The translations under genes and the position numbers were made by a program. A model generated the notes under the pieces. That model saw only the letters and a program-made list of their open reading frames with translations. It did not search any database and was not told where the DNA came from. From Octopus sinensis (taxonomy: Eukaryota): a DNA stretch of 64,000 nucleotides. The stretch is taken from positions 37,510,001 to 37,574,000 of the forward strand of contig NC_043015.1 in NCBI RefSeq assembly GCF_006345805.1. The letters are read 5' to 3'. Below, piece by piece: positions 25,471 to 37,785 of the stretch. The first letter of the stretch is position 1; each line of letters opens with the position of its first letter.

Positions 25471-25652
25471 TGGCGGCGAGCTTGCACGCCGTATAAAATG
25501 CTTAGCAACATTTCGTTCGTCCTTACGCTCTGAGTTAAAATTTCGCCGAGGTTGATCTTACCTTTCATTCTTTCAGGGTCGATAAAAAAATTACTAGCTG
25601 AGCATTGGGGTTCTCTTCCGAAATTTCTGCCCTTTTGACAACATTTGAAACC
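25471..25652 (+). mobile_element. S2 SINE
   Basis: GGCGGCGAGCTTG..AAAATGCTTAGC..CTGAGTTAAAATTTCGCCGAGGTTGATC..CTTTCAGGGTCGATAAAA. Confidence 0.8.
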
Positions 25653-26906
25653 AATGTCAGACAATACTAATATGATGGAATGGTCGCGGTTGGAATGTTC
25701 TTTATTAGTGCTGACCTGCAGTAAAACAAAAGAAAATGAATAAGCAATATTTACAGTTGGCACTAAGCTTCTTATAATCCACCTAAGAATCTTCTGCAAG
25801 TGCCACCAACATTCTTGGCCTCCGAAACTGGTGGGGGTGGGCGATGAAATGAGGACGAACTCATTTGTCATATACTACTGCACGAAGAAGCAGAACAGCA
25901 ATATATAGAACTACCATCACCCTTGTCTGAGTCTTGACATCCCAGGTGACAACCTGAAAGGCACTGAAGGCCGACCATTCGAAAAGTTTGTAATCTTCCA
26001 TAACTTTATTTCCCTCTCAGGCTGGAGTAAGATTGAAAATATGCCAGAAAATTAATTACGCTACCGTGCTCTGGCATCGAAACTGGAACCACTTGATTGC
26101 GAAACTAGTGTCTTTAGCACCCGTCTCTGCGTGCGTTCATATCACGCTATCTATCAGCGGTTTAATGTATTTTGGTGAAAATTCTGACCTTCTTAACCTT
26201 GATTTTCTTCTTCCTCTAACCTCTCAACTCTATTAGAGTGCTGCGGAGCTGAGCCGAATCACTTTATCTCGTGTGAATGCTAATCCGTAAATTTCAAATG
26301 GTTCCCAAGCAGAAAGTAATTGATACGAAATTAATGTCTGTCTTATAATTGTTAGAATCGGTTAATGTTTGTGCTATCATAAAAATGAAACAAGTGGCAA
26401 TGTTCTCAAGGAACAAAAAGATGGTGTTGTCACGGATGGATGTCATTTGATCATAGGTCTACTTAATGAAGGCAAACATAAAGCTGCAGAAGCCTTCCAT
26501 CCACACACAGGCCTCGCTAATGACAATAACAACAGCAGCAACAACAATCACAATGGTAGCAGCAGCAGCAGCAACAGCAACATCAACAAAAGCAACAACA
26601 ACAAAAGCAACGAGAACAACAACAGCAACAACAACAGCAGCTAGCAAGACAGAGCAACGAGCTAAAAGAAAGCCTCTACCGCACCACATTAAACCGTGTT
26701 TAAGCTCATCCCACCACAGGTTTGTTAAAAAGAAATAGCAGCTAAATCTTCCTCGAAGAAGCACGTTAACATACTTGAAATATTGAAATAACACGTTGAA
26801 ATATATAGTTCGTAATCTTCTGTGGCTTTATTTCTCTCCCATCATATCATCAGTAAAAAATCTAAAATACTTTTGACTCAACCTGGTATATAAATATGCT
26901 TTTTTA

Positions 26907-27570
26907 CTATATACACAAGGCCCGGAATTTTGTGGGAGGGGCCCAGTCGCCTCTGATACTTAATTTATCGACCCCGAAAGGATAAAAGGCAAAGTCGACC
27001 TTGTCGGAATTTGAACTCAAAACGAAAGACAGACGAAATACCGATAAGCATAGTATAATGTATAGTCTTTGATCTGGCAGAATAGTAGAACCTTTCCTAC
27101 TCGGACAAAATGCTGAGCGGCAGTTCAACCGGTTTTTTTCTTTTCTGGGTTCGAATTCGGTCGTGGCCGACTTTACCTTTTCTCCGATTGGGGTCGATAA
27201 AATAATTATCAGTGAAATAATAGTGTGGATGTAATTGACATGCCTGAAATTTGGAAAGATTCGGTTGCCATATCTTGAAATGGTAAAACTGGGGTTCCAG
27301 ACATTTTACAATGGGGACACACATTCTAAAAGTAAAGTTTTTCATGACATACTAATTAACATTTGTTAATGATGCATAAATTAACAAGTAATTTTTACTT
27401 TTGGAACGAGGCCAGACATTTTAGAGAAGAAAGAGGAAAGAAAACTACGTCGACCCCAGGATCTAACTTTACTTATTTCATCGACCGCGAAAGACAACAT
27501 AACTCTCGGATGTATTCGAACTCGGGACGTAAAGAACCGGAAAAAATTTCGTTCTTCATGTAGCACAGCA
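26907..27570. mobile_element. Three adjacent S2 SINEs: 26907-27052 (-), 27105-27290 (+), 27400-27570 (-)
   Basis: Each contains the TCGACCCC/GGGGTCGA and GACTTTGCCTTT-like S2 blocks, in alternating orientation. Confidence 0.7.
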
Positions 27571-28885
27571 ATTCTCGCATTTACTCGAGTATGAAATAGG
27601 AGCCCAGGGAATCTTGCCCCTCACAATATAGAAATATTACTGATGGAACCAGCAGACAAAATGGAAAAGGCGTTGCCCCGAGGGAGATGCACTAGTTGCA
27701 CTGTTTCTTACATACGTTTAACTTAAAAGATTTTGGTGTTATTTATAGACGGAGCATATCTAATTGTATAAAGGTAAAAATATTGTACCCCACTAAACAC
27801 GAAATAAGGGTACCACCTATAATCACGTGCGGTTTATACAGAATTAAATGCGTTATATATAACAATCTATGACAAATCGCAGGATTGGGAAACACCAGGT
27901 ATGCATCATAGTCAAATATCACTGAAGATTGATAAGATTCTACCTTAAATACAAATTATTAGCGATACACAAGAGTACCACGGTACAGTTTAGTGTCATT
28001 GGGAATTGCAGGTCGGCTCTTTTAATTGGTTCGCGAATACTTCATATTATAATTCTAACTTGGACTCAAACAGCAATGAAACTTTATTGAATGATTAGCT
28101 GAAATTAAACTCTAAACCTTTAAGAAACAATACGGTGGGCATCGTAGAATTTGATCCTGTGCCATACAAGTCGATCAACAAAACTGAAAAGCAACAACAA
28201 CAGTGAATGAAATTTACATTTGTCTTGTTCTATTCTATTGTTTAGGTGCTTTTTTGTCGTTTTTTCTTTATATGTTTCTCTTTTTTTTTATTCAGTAATT
28301 GTAATTTTTCTCCCGATAATATGTTTTCTCTTAAAGAGAACATAAATCAAATCCCACCTCCACCACGACCACCACCAAAAAAATCTCCTGTATAACAGAG
28401 TTTGTAGAATTCACAAAATAAAACTCTTTCTCTCTCTCCCTCTACCAATATATATATATATATATAAATACATACACACATTCATGTATGTATAAATATA
28501 TATACATATACATGTATGTATAAATATATATATACATATACATACATATATATATATATCTGTATATGTGTATTTGTATATATATATATGTGTATGCCAC
28601 CATAAATGTGTATGCATACATATTAAATGAAGGGTGTAAAATTTAAATAAAATTAATCCATACACATAAAAATATATTAAAAACAGTCACACGATATTTA
28701 CATCATGTACATGAACTCCAGCCTACATACATAAATACATAGATATGCACACACACACGTACACACACACACACGTACATAGATTCATACACACGCACAC
28801 ACAGACATATATATATATACGCATATGTATATATACATATATATATGAATATCTATCTATATATATATATCTATATATGTGTGTG

Positions 28886-28940
<55 letters not shown>

Positions 28941-28950
28941 TATATATATA

Positions 28951-29033
<83 letters not shown>

Positions 29034-29394
29034 AAGCGCCCTTATGCGATCTAAACACTCATCCCGCGTGCACACACGCAATCACACATACAAACATTTT
29101 TTTTAAAGAAAGCGGAAGAAGTTGGCAAAAAATAGAAGCTATATATTATATGTAATTTACAATCCGACATTAGTGATTTGGAAGTATAATTAAGTTAGAA
29201 TCAATAGGTCAGACATCTTTACTATACACACACATACACATAAACATATATATATATATATGTGTGTGCGTGTGTATGTATGTATAAATATATATGCTTA
29301 TTCATATATATGTAAGTGTGTGTGGATAAATGTATATGTTTATGCATATATATGTGTCTGTGTGTTTACGTATGTATATGTTGTAATGTGTTTG

Positions 29395-29449
<55 letters not shown>

Positions 29450-29819
29450 TTATTTATATATTTGTGATGTAAACTACAGTGCTATGTGTGTATGTGATGA
29501 TTTCCTGGGAATAAATTATATATTTATGTGTGTGTGTATTGGATATTTTATTCTTTTGTTGTTGTTAGTGTTGTTTTCGTTGTTTGCGTGATTCCAATGT
29601 TTGGGGTGTTGTTTTTAGCTAACCCTTTCATTTGCCTGTCTGTTTCTGTGTCTCGAGACATAACATAAAGTTTTATTTCACTTAAGTATACAACTACACA
29701 CATTCTTAACATTGTGTGCGTATATATATAAACACAGAGAGAGAATGAGAGTTAGAGAACACATATATATATATACGTATATACATATATATACACACAC
29801 ACATATATATTATAATATT

Positions 29820-29884
<65 letters not shown>

Positions 29885-29925
29885 TAAATATATATATATA
29901 TACATACCTCGCTATATATGTATAT

Positions 29926-30123
29926 TCTTTTATTCCTTTATTTGTTTCAGTTATTTGACTGCGGCCATGCTGGAGCCCCGCCTTTAGTCGAACATATAGA
30001 CCCCAGGGCTTATTCTTTGTAAGCCTAGTTCCTATTCTATCGGTTCTTTTGCCGAACCGCTAAGTTATGGGGACGTAAACACACCAGCAATGGTGAGGTT
30101 ACAAATACTGACAAACAAACATA

Positions 30124-30165
<42 letters not shown>

Positions 30166-30257
30166 ACGGTCTTCTTTCAGCTTCCGTCTACGAAATCCAC
30201 TCACATGGCTTTATTCGGCCCTCGGTTATAGTAGAAGAATGCTACTTACCACACACC
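29926..30257 (-). mobile_element. S1 SINE with a deletion in the head
   Basis: Tail (GACTGCGGCCATGCTGGAGC on plus), internal (TA)n at 30128-30162, and a head remnant GCTACTTACCACAC. Confidence 0.8.
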
Positions 30258-30997
30258 GACTTCTAGATAGATAGATAGATTCTTCATTACACCTTTAGAT
30301 TTAATTTATCCTGTCGTCTGCTGGAAATGAGAAATTTTCAAATAATATATATTAAATGACAACGCTTTTGATTCCTTCTACGTAGTTAATGCCTCAAGCT
30401 CACGTTCAAATGGTAATGCGCTTTTTAGATTTACATTGTGCAAACTATCTTCACCATATTCACTTTATGTATTACGAAGCCATTTGTACGATTTCCGTCT
30501 TGATACAACACTTGTCCGAGCATACATTCGACTACGAAAAAGACAGATAGATCCTGTCTCCCCAGTACAACAAATAGCAAAACTTTATACTTGATATAGT
30601 GAAAAATATCCTCATTAATCTTCTAAACAATTATAAAGCATTCTTTATGTTTTAACTCATATTATTCTAAGAACCACATCTAGACTCTGTCATTCCAAAA
30701 AGGACACTCGTTTGCACCTGGCAATTATATAATGTTTATCGTCTCGATTACTCTACGATATTTCTCATCAATAGGTTTCCTCTAAAAGCAATGCACTTGA
30801 CGGTATTCTTCACTCGTCTTATTATTGCAATTTACTCGCTCCAGTTCCATCATTTACCATTCCAAATGCCCACCTATCTTAAAAATTAATTGTTCATTTT
30901 TCTGTTTCTTTTTTGTTTCTTGTTGTTTGGTCCAAACTCATTACCCGTTCAGCATTTTCCAGATAAAATACTTCGCAGTTTCCTATGTGTGTTTGCG

Positions 30998-31057
<60 letters not shown>

Positions 31058-31519
31058 TTTTGTGTGTATATATGCATGGGCTAAAGAGAACGGGAGGAGA
31101 TACGTAGAATGGAGATGTCTCAGGATGAGTGAGAAAGAGTTCCAGATAAAAGACATAAAATAAGAACTGTGTGTGTGTGCGTGTGTTGATTTGGCAAAGA
31201 AGACCATCCCGAAATATGACTATATATATATATATATAATTTTATTTTTTTAATAATATAGATTTTAGTTCATAGATCTAGATCGATGAACTAAAATTTA
31301 TTTGATCAAAAAATTAAAAAGAACAATAACTTAAACTGATTAGAACTACCCCTGAAGTCATTCTCTCGTGATAAAAAATTTGCCGATGGAGAAGGACCTG
31401 CTACAACCATGTTCTTAATGAAATTAACCTCTCAGTCTATATATCAACCCTCTTTGTAATGCTGCCAAATGGAATAAGTATAAAAATGAACATTGTCTAT
31501 TTAATTAAAAAATTTAATA

Positions 31520-31607
31520 TGTAGCTGAAGAGTGCTCTACATTTTAAAACTGAAGTAATACTTACATTGTTTAATTAAATGAAGTAGCATGAAACGATTG
31601 TACTACA
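31520..31607 (+). ncRNA. Type I hammerhead ribozyme, canonical core
   Basis: TGTAG-CTGAAGA-GTGCT..(49 nt)..AGCAT-GAA-ACGATTGT-A|CTACA: stem I TGTAG/CTACA, stem II GTGCT/AGCAT, GUA triplet, and a stem III self-complementary with G-U pairs. (TA)n starts about 35 nt downstream. Confidence 0.7.
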
Positions 31608-31640
31608 CTACCTTGGATATCGTTGTTGCTTATTTTGATG

Positions 31641-31683
<43 letters not shown>

Positions 31684-32204
31684 CGTGCGTGTAGCTTCTA
31701 TTCTCGCAACTTGACAAGGCAAGTTTATTGATTTCCTCGTGACACTAAAACATAGCGGTTCAACTAAGAAAATGAACTGGCGTCAATTTTATTGACTAAA
31801 CTCTGGAGGTCGATGTCACGGCATGGCCGTATTCCAAACCGTAACACAGTTAAAGAATGAAAGAAGAGCTATTTACATAAGCGCAATGTTTTTGCGAGAA
31901 AATATTATAATATATTCAAAGAAGAAACAAAGAACTACAAAGAAAATCGATGAACCTGAAGAATATATTTTTCGTAGACTTTAATATTAGACTCAACTAA
32001 TTTGTTCTTACCAACTTTAACACATTAACATAAGTATATTGATGATATACCTGTTCGTTTGAAGCTCGATATCAACACTTAATGACCATGCAAATTTAGC
32101 GGTGCTCATAGACAACCATCTCACAGGTTAATCACCACGGATATATATATAAGCACACACGTATATGTACATACTTACATCCATACGTATATATATGCAT
32201 AAAT

Positions 32205-32521
32205 GGGCACAGGACGTCATAAAAGGTGTACAACAAAAATACAAAGTACGAATTCATGGGATATGAAATATTTTGTTAACAACGAAAGACACAAATGGAA
32301 AACAAGGCAAATAACATAAAGAACGACCCTTCATCAGTTGTTGGGTGTTTTACTACTCTCGTATTTCGAGCAACAGCCAACAACTGATGAAGGGTCGTTC
32401 TTTATGTTGTTTGCCTTGTTTTCCATTTGTGTCTTTCGTTTTGCAACAAAATGGTTAATATTCCATGTACTCGCACTTCGTATTTTTTTGCTGTACACCG
32501 TTTCATGACGTCGTCTGCACC
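32205..32521. repeat. Long inverted repeat (about 140-bp arms, about 32-nt spacer)
   Basis: 32281-32344 is the reverse complement of 32377-32440 with one difference (T32312/G32409). The outer arms align with many more differences. Confidence 0.92.
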
Positions 32522-32536
32522 ACATAAGCACATATC

Positions 32537-32570
<34 letters not shown>

Positions 32571-32687
32571 ATATTATATATATATATATAACGGGAAGCT
32601 TTATGAAAATAAAAAAAGACGAAGGCAGGTGGAAAACAAACGAACAATTGTATTAGTATGGCGCTCAGGAAATATAATAAAAACAAG

Positions 32688-32725
32688 TCTTTAACGTTTC
32701 GAGCCTACGCTCTTCAACAGAAAGA
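32688..32725 (-). ncRNA. Minimal type I hammerhead-like motif, A6U core variant
   Basis: TCTTT-CTGTTGA-A-GAGC-GTAG-GCTC-GAA-ACGT-T|AAAGA: 5-bp stem I, 4-bp stem II, palindromic ACGT stem III. (TA)n about 100 nt downstream. Confidence 0.6.
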
Positions 32726-32914
32726 TACACAGAGAGAGAAAAACAAACAAGAAAGAAGGAGAGACAAAAAAAAATGCGTGCAGTAGCTAACGAATCAACA
32801 TGGCGCGATCTGATTTCGGCCAGAGGTCAAAGATCAAACATGAGACGCGAGAGCGAAATAAGGGGAGATAATAGGGTTGATAAAAGGGTTGAGGGACCAG
32901 CTAAAAGTGTGTGG

Positions 32915-33210
32915 GAGGGGTCTGGATGTGTGTATGTATAGGGTTGGTGTAGGTATTAGTATGTATAAGGTGTGTGTGTGTGTTGAGAGAGTATTAGTGC
33001 GTAGGATTGGTCTGGACGTGCGTATGTATGGGGTTTGTGTATGTATTAGTATGTATTAGTATGTATTAGTACGTATTGGTATGTATAGGTGTGTGTGTGT
33101 GTGGTGAGAGAGTATAAGTGCGTATGCGGGGTCTGGACGTGTGTATGTATAGGGTTGGTGTAAGTATTGTATGTACTAGTATGTATTAGTACGTATTAGT
33201 ATGTATTAGT
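32915..33210. repeat. Three-unit minisatellite (about 90-120 bp) with GTATTAGTAT subrepeats
   Basis: GGTCTGGAYGTGYGTATGTAT.GGGTT.GTGTA recurs near 32919, 33009 and 33130. Confidence 0.8.
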
Positions 33211-33267
33211 TGGTGTGTGTATTAGTATGGCACATCATATGTGATGTGATGTGTAAGTCATGTGGTG

Positions 33268-33570
33268 TAGTGAAGGAGAAGAGGGGGAGGGGAGAAGAGG
33301 GGGGAGAGAAGGGGGGAGGGGAAGAAGAGGGGAGGGAGAAGGGGGAAGAGGAGAGGATGGAGGGAGAAGGAAGGGGAGGAGGGGGGATGAAGGAGGGAAA
33401 GGGGGAGAGGGGAGAGGAGAGGGAGAGAGGGAGTGAGGGAGCAGAGGGAAGGGGAAGAGGAGGGAGAAAGAGGAAGAAGGGAAGGGGAGTAGGGTGAAAG
33501 GATGAAGGACTGAAAAGAGTAGGGTCGGGGGGAGAAAGGATATGTGAGGGAAAGGGGGGAGAGTTGAGAC
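33268..33570. repeat. Polypurine (G/A) tract with many G-runs
   Basis: About 300 bp that are almost purely G/A on the plus strand. Confidence 0.9.
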
Positions 33571-33636
33571 CAAATGGCGTATAAGAGCGAAGAGAGAAGA
33601 ATTATATATATATATATATATATATATAGATATATA

Positions 33637-33672
<36 letters not shown>

Positions 33673-33686
33673 ATATATATATATAT

Positions 33687-33717
<31 letters not shown>

Positions 33718-33879
33718 TATTTATATATATATATCTTTACGGAGATGTACTTGGCATAGCAAGTGATTTGATCTGAGATCGTGTGCTGGAACGAAAACAA
33801 TTGCAGCGGGGAAGGTTTTGTAAGGCATTTAAGAAACACACAAAAGCCGTTCGATTCACTTCAACATTTAAGTTTAATT

Positions 33880-33926
33880 TATCAAAATATTTTCGTCTCT
33901 ATAAGACCGCGACCTGTTCACTGACA
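33880..33926 (-). ncRNA. Minimal type I hammerhead-like motif, G3-C8 swapped core
   Basis: TGTCA-GTGAACA-G-GTC..GAC-GAA-AATATT-T|TGATA: stem I TGTCA/TGATA with one G-U pair, palindromic AATATT stem III. (TA)n about 145 nt downstream. Confidence 0.55.
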
Positions 33927-34497
33927 AAAATCCGTGCTGCATCTGAGAAAGTAACATTTAGTTCGTTATATATATGTACGTATGTATGTGTGTATGTATG
34001 TATACACGCATGCATGCATGCATGCATGTATGTATGTATGTACGTACGTACGTACGCCTGTGTGTATGTATGTATGTATGTATGTGTGTGTCTATGCACG
34101 CACATACACACTATAAACTTAAAGCTATAAACCTGTATATATATATATATTATCTTATATATATCTTAATTCATTTGTTCATTTGTGTTTATTTATTTGC
34201 ATATATGATTCCATTGCTCCATTGGGACACCCATATGCATTTCTAATATAGAATGGTCATCAATATTGTGTAGACTGCCCTCAAACATACAAAGGTAATA
34301 TTTTATTATTTTATTACCATGCGTTATTTTACAAGCTACTGAGGACAAATATATATATTAATGATATCAACATGTGCCTAAGTCTACATGTGGGAACTTG
34401 TGTGTGGATGCATTTTCACATTCGCATATCTGTAACCGTGTGTTGCTTAAAAAGAAATTTAAATCGATATCACCACCGTATTCTGAATACTAACTAA

Positions 34498-34540
<43 letters not shown>

Positions 34541-34713
34541 GAGAGAGACAGAGAGAGAAAGAGACAGAGAAATTCAAAAATTTCACAGAAGAGCGGCAGA
34601 GGAACACACGGAAAATTCACATGCTAGACATGGGGGCTCTTTCATTGTATACAATGCATGCACACACACACACACACAAACACACACAATACACACACAC
34701 ACACAATACATAC

Positions 34714-34757
<44 letters not shown>

Positions 34758-34892
34758 ATATATATATACATATATATATGCATACATGTAAGATATATAT
34801 ATGTGTGTGTATTAGTATTCGTAGTGACATACAGATGCATATATATGTATATCAAAATATATATATACATACACATGCATACATATACGTAA

Positions 34893-34942
<50 letters not shown>

Positions 34943-35769
34943 TATGTGTGTGCGTGTATAAACATATATAATAGATATATATATATATATATATATATTA
35001 ATATATATATATATAATAATATATATATATATATGCATATATATTATATATATTTACATACACATCTGAGTTGTGTGTGAACATTCGTAATGTGTGTACA
35101 CAATTCTCTGCGCATGGTTTGTGTTCGTGATGGAATGTGGGTGTGGACGTGGGCTGTGTATCTCGGTCGTTGTTATTTGGACTAAAACATAAACTTTATT
35201 CAAGTTTATACACGAAAGCAATAAAAAATAACATTCTACCAGCGAAGTACACACACCAACACACATACGTGTGTGTATGTGTATATATATATATATAGAT
35301 AGATAGATATTTCCTTTATATAATTAATATATATATATATACTTTATATATATAATTTTTATATATATATATATATACCAAAAGATGTATTTAAATATGT
35401 AAATATATATTTAAAAATCACCAAATGGAGGAATATATAATCAAAGCATACAACTTGATCGATCTTTGTTATTTTATTTGGTTTAATGTTGCTGTTGTTG
35501 CTCTTATTTATTAATGTCATGTTTGCTTTATATCTTTTGTGTGTTTGTTAGTCTCTATGTTTTTGTTCTAATATTTTCCCTTGTTATTTGTGTTTGTATG
35601 TTTTTGTCTCATTCTCTGAGCAAGTTTTGTATAATTTTATAGTCACTTTCTGTTGACACAGTTGAATTGCAAATATAAATCACAACATTTGATGTCAGAA
35701 AATAAATAAATATATAAATAGTCGCTGAAAAATTGTAATACATACACACACACACATATATATACATGT

Positions 35770-35801
<32 letters not shown>

Positions 35802-35861
35802 ATATATATATATATAATATATATATATATGTAGATATAATATATTATAATATGTATGTAT

Positions 35862-35902
<41 letters not shown>

Positions 35903-35909
35903 ATATATA

Positions 35910-35942
<33 letters not shown>

Positions 35943-36471
35943 ATATTTGTGTGCATATATATGATCAGGTTACGTGTTTTTGTTGTTCTGATTTTTGGGT
36001 TGTTTTAATTTATATATTTTTTTATTTTGTTGTTTATTTTGAGCTGGGGAGGTGTGGTGCTGGATGCTGCAGAATTATTATTCTTCTTGTTTCCCAGCTT
36101 CTTCAATTTCTTCTTCTTCTTCTTCTTCTTCTTCTTCTTCTTCTTCTTCTTCTTCTTCTTCTTCTTTTCTTCACCTCCTCCTCCCACTCCGTTTACATCT
36201 TCCTCATTTTATTCTCCCCTTTCTCCTCCTCTTCCTCCTTCTTCTTCTTCTTATCACTATTGTTATTATTGCAATTGTTATTATTATTGTTATTTTTATT
36301 GTCATTACATATATCGATTTTGTTGTGTTTTAGTACATTCTTTTGAAATAACTCACCACCAGCGCAACCTTACACACATAAGTATATGTGTAAATATCTG
36401 TACCTATATAAATACATATATAGATGAGTGTGCACATATATTTATATGTGTGTGTATATGTGTATATACAT

Positions 36472-36506
<35 letters not shown>

Positions 36507-36508
36507 CA

Positions 36509-36543
<35 letters not shown>

Positions 36544-37211
36544 ATATATATATATATATATATATCAGTATGTAGGTAGGTTTGAGCTTGCCTATTTGTG
36601 TGTGTATATGTGAGCATGCTTACATAAACCTGTCGATTTTGAACAATGCCATATCATTATGACTATTTAATGGAAGAAAGGAAAGAGAAAAGCGACATCG
36701 AGTGAAGAAGAGGGAGAGGAGATGAAGGAGAGAATAGAGTAAGAAAAATAAAGCAGACAGACATATATACAGAAAGGTGAGGGGCGGGGGCGATGAAGGT
36801 AGAGGAATAAAAAATGTGAAAGGAAGAGAATATATAACTTATAAACAAGTTGTTTATTTCTGTTACACAAATAATATTGAAGCATTCATGTTTTGCACTG
36901 TTATCTCTTTTAGACGTCAAATTATAGGTTATTGTTGCGTTTTGGAAACTGAAGTCACACAGAGGGTGTAAGTCTCCTTAAGATTATATTACCCGGTTGC
37001 GACGGAACCTATTCTCGCGGCCTCAAGTATTTGAAAATTGAAATATGCTTTGGAAATGATCAAATGCGCAGATGTATGATGAAAACGATGTGGGATCGAT
37101 GCTAGATGTTCTTGTACGTTTGTCCATTATAGAATTCATGCTGTAATGAAATTTATGATCACATAATGAATTTAGCTCTTATTTTTACTAAGTCAAGCAT
37201 ATCTTCTAAAC

Positions 37212-37462
37212 TTTATCTTTTATTTGTTTCCTTTATTTGACAGTGGTCATGCTGGGGCACCGGTTTGACGAATAAAACCACCACCCAGTACCTAGTATTT
37301 TTTAAAATCCTGGTACTAATTCTATCGGCATCATTTAGAAAACTGCTAAGTTACAAATCCTCTCACAAGACTTTGGTCACCCTTAAGCTATAGGAGACAA
37401 GGTTCCACGCAGTGGGACTGAACCTGGAACCATGTGGTTGAGAAACAAACTTCTTGCCACAT
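37212..37462 (-). mobile_element. S1 SINE, internally deleted
   Basis: GGTCATGCTGGGGCACC tail and CCACGCAGTGGGACTGAACCTGGAACCATGTGGTTG head. Confidence 0.75.
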
Positions 37463-37590
37463 GGTGCATGTCTACCGAAGATTCATCGTCTATGGTTATG
37501 CTTTTGACATTTCACCACAGGTGGTTCCTGATTCAATAGCCATTTACACACAATCGTTAAAATCTCTCATTCAATATCTTACACTGAAGC

Positions 37591-37785
37591 AAGGCGCTGG
37601 ACTGGCAGAAACGTTAGCACGCCGGGCGAAATGCTTTGGGGTATTTCCTCTGTCACTACGTTCTAAGTTCAAATTCCGCAGAGGTCGACTTTGCCTTTCA
37701 TCCTTTCAGGATCGATAAATTGAGTACCAGTTGCGTATTGGGCCCCCTCCCCCCAAATTTAGGGCATTGTGCCTAGAGTAGAAAA
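37591..37785 (+). mobile_element. S2 SINE, young
   Basis: AAGGCG..CTGGCAGAAACGTTAGCACGCCGGGCGAAATGC..AAGTTCAAATTCCGCAGAGGTCGACTTTGCCTTTCATCC..GTGCCTAGAGTAGAAA. Confidence 0.9.

Noticed and set aside
32325-32395. CTGATGA heptamers in both arms of the inverted repeat
   Set aside because: No stem II/GAAA partner follows, so no hammerhead can be folded.
32915-33210. Regularly spaced repeats superficially like a CRISPR array
   Set aside because: The units are degenerate tandem copies without unique spacers, the context is eukaryotic, and there are no cas genes.
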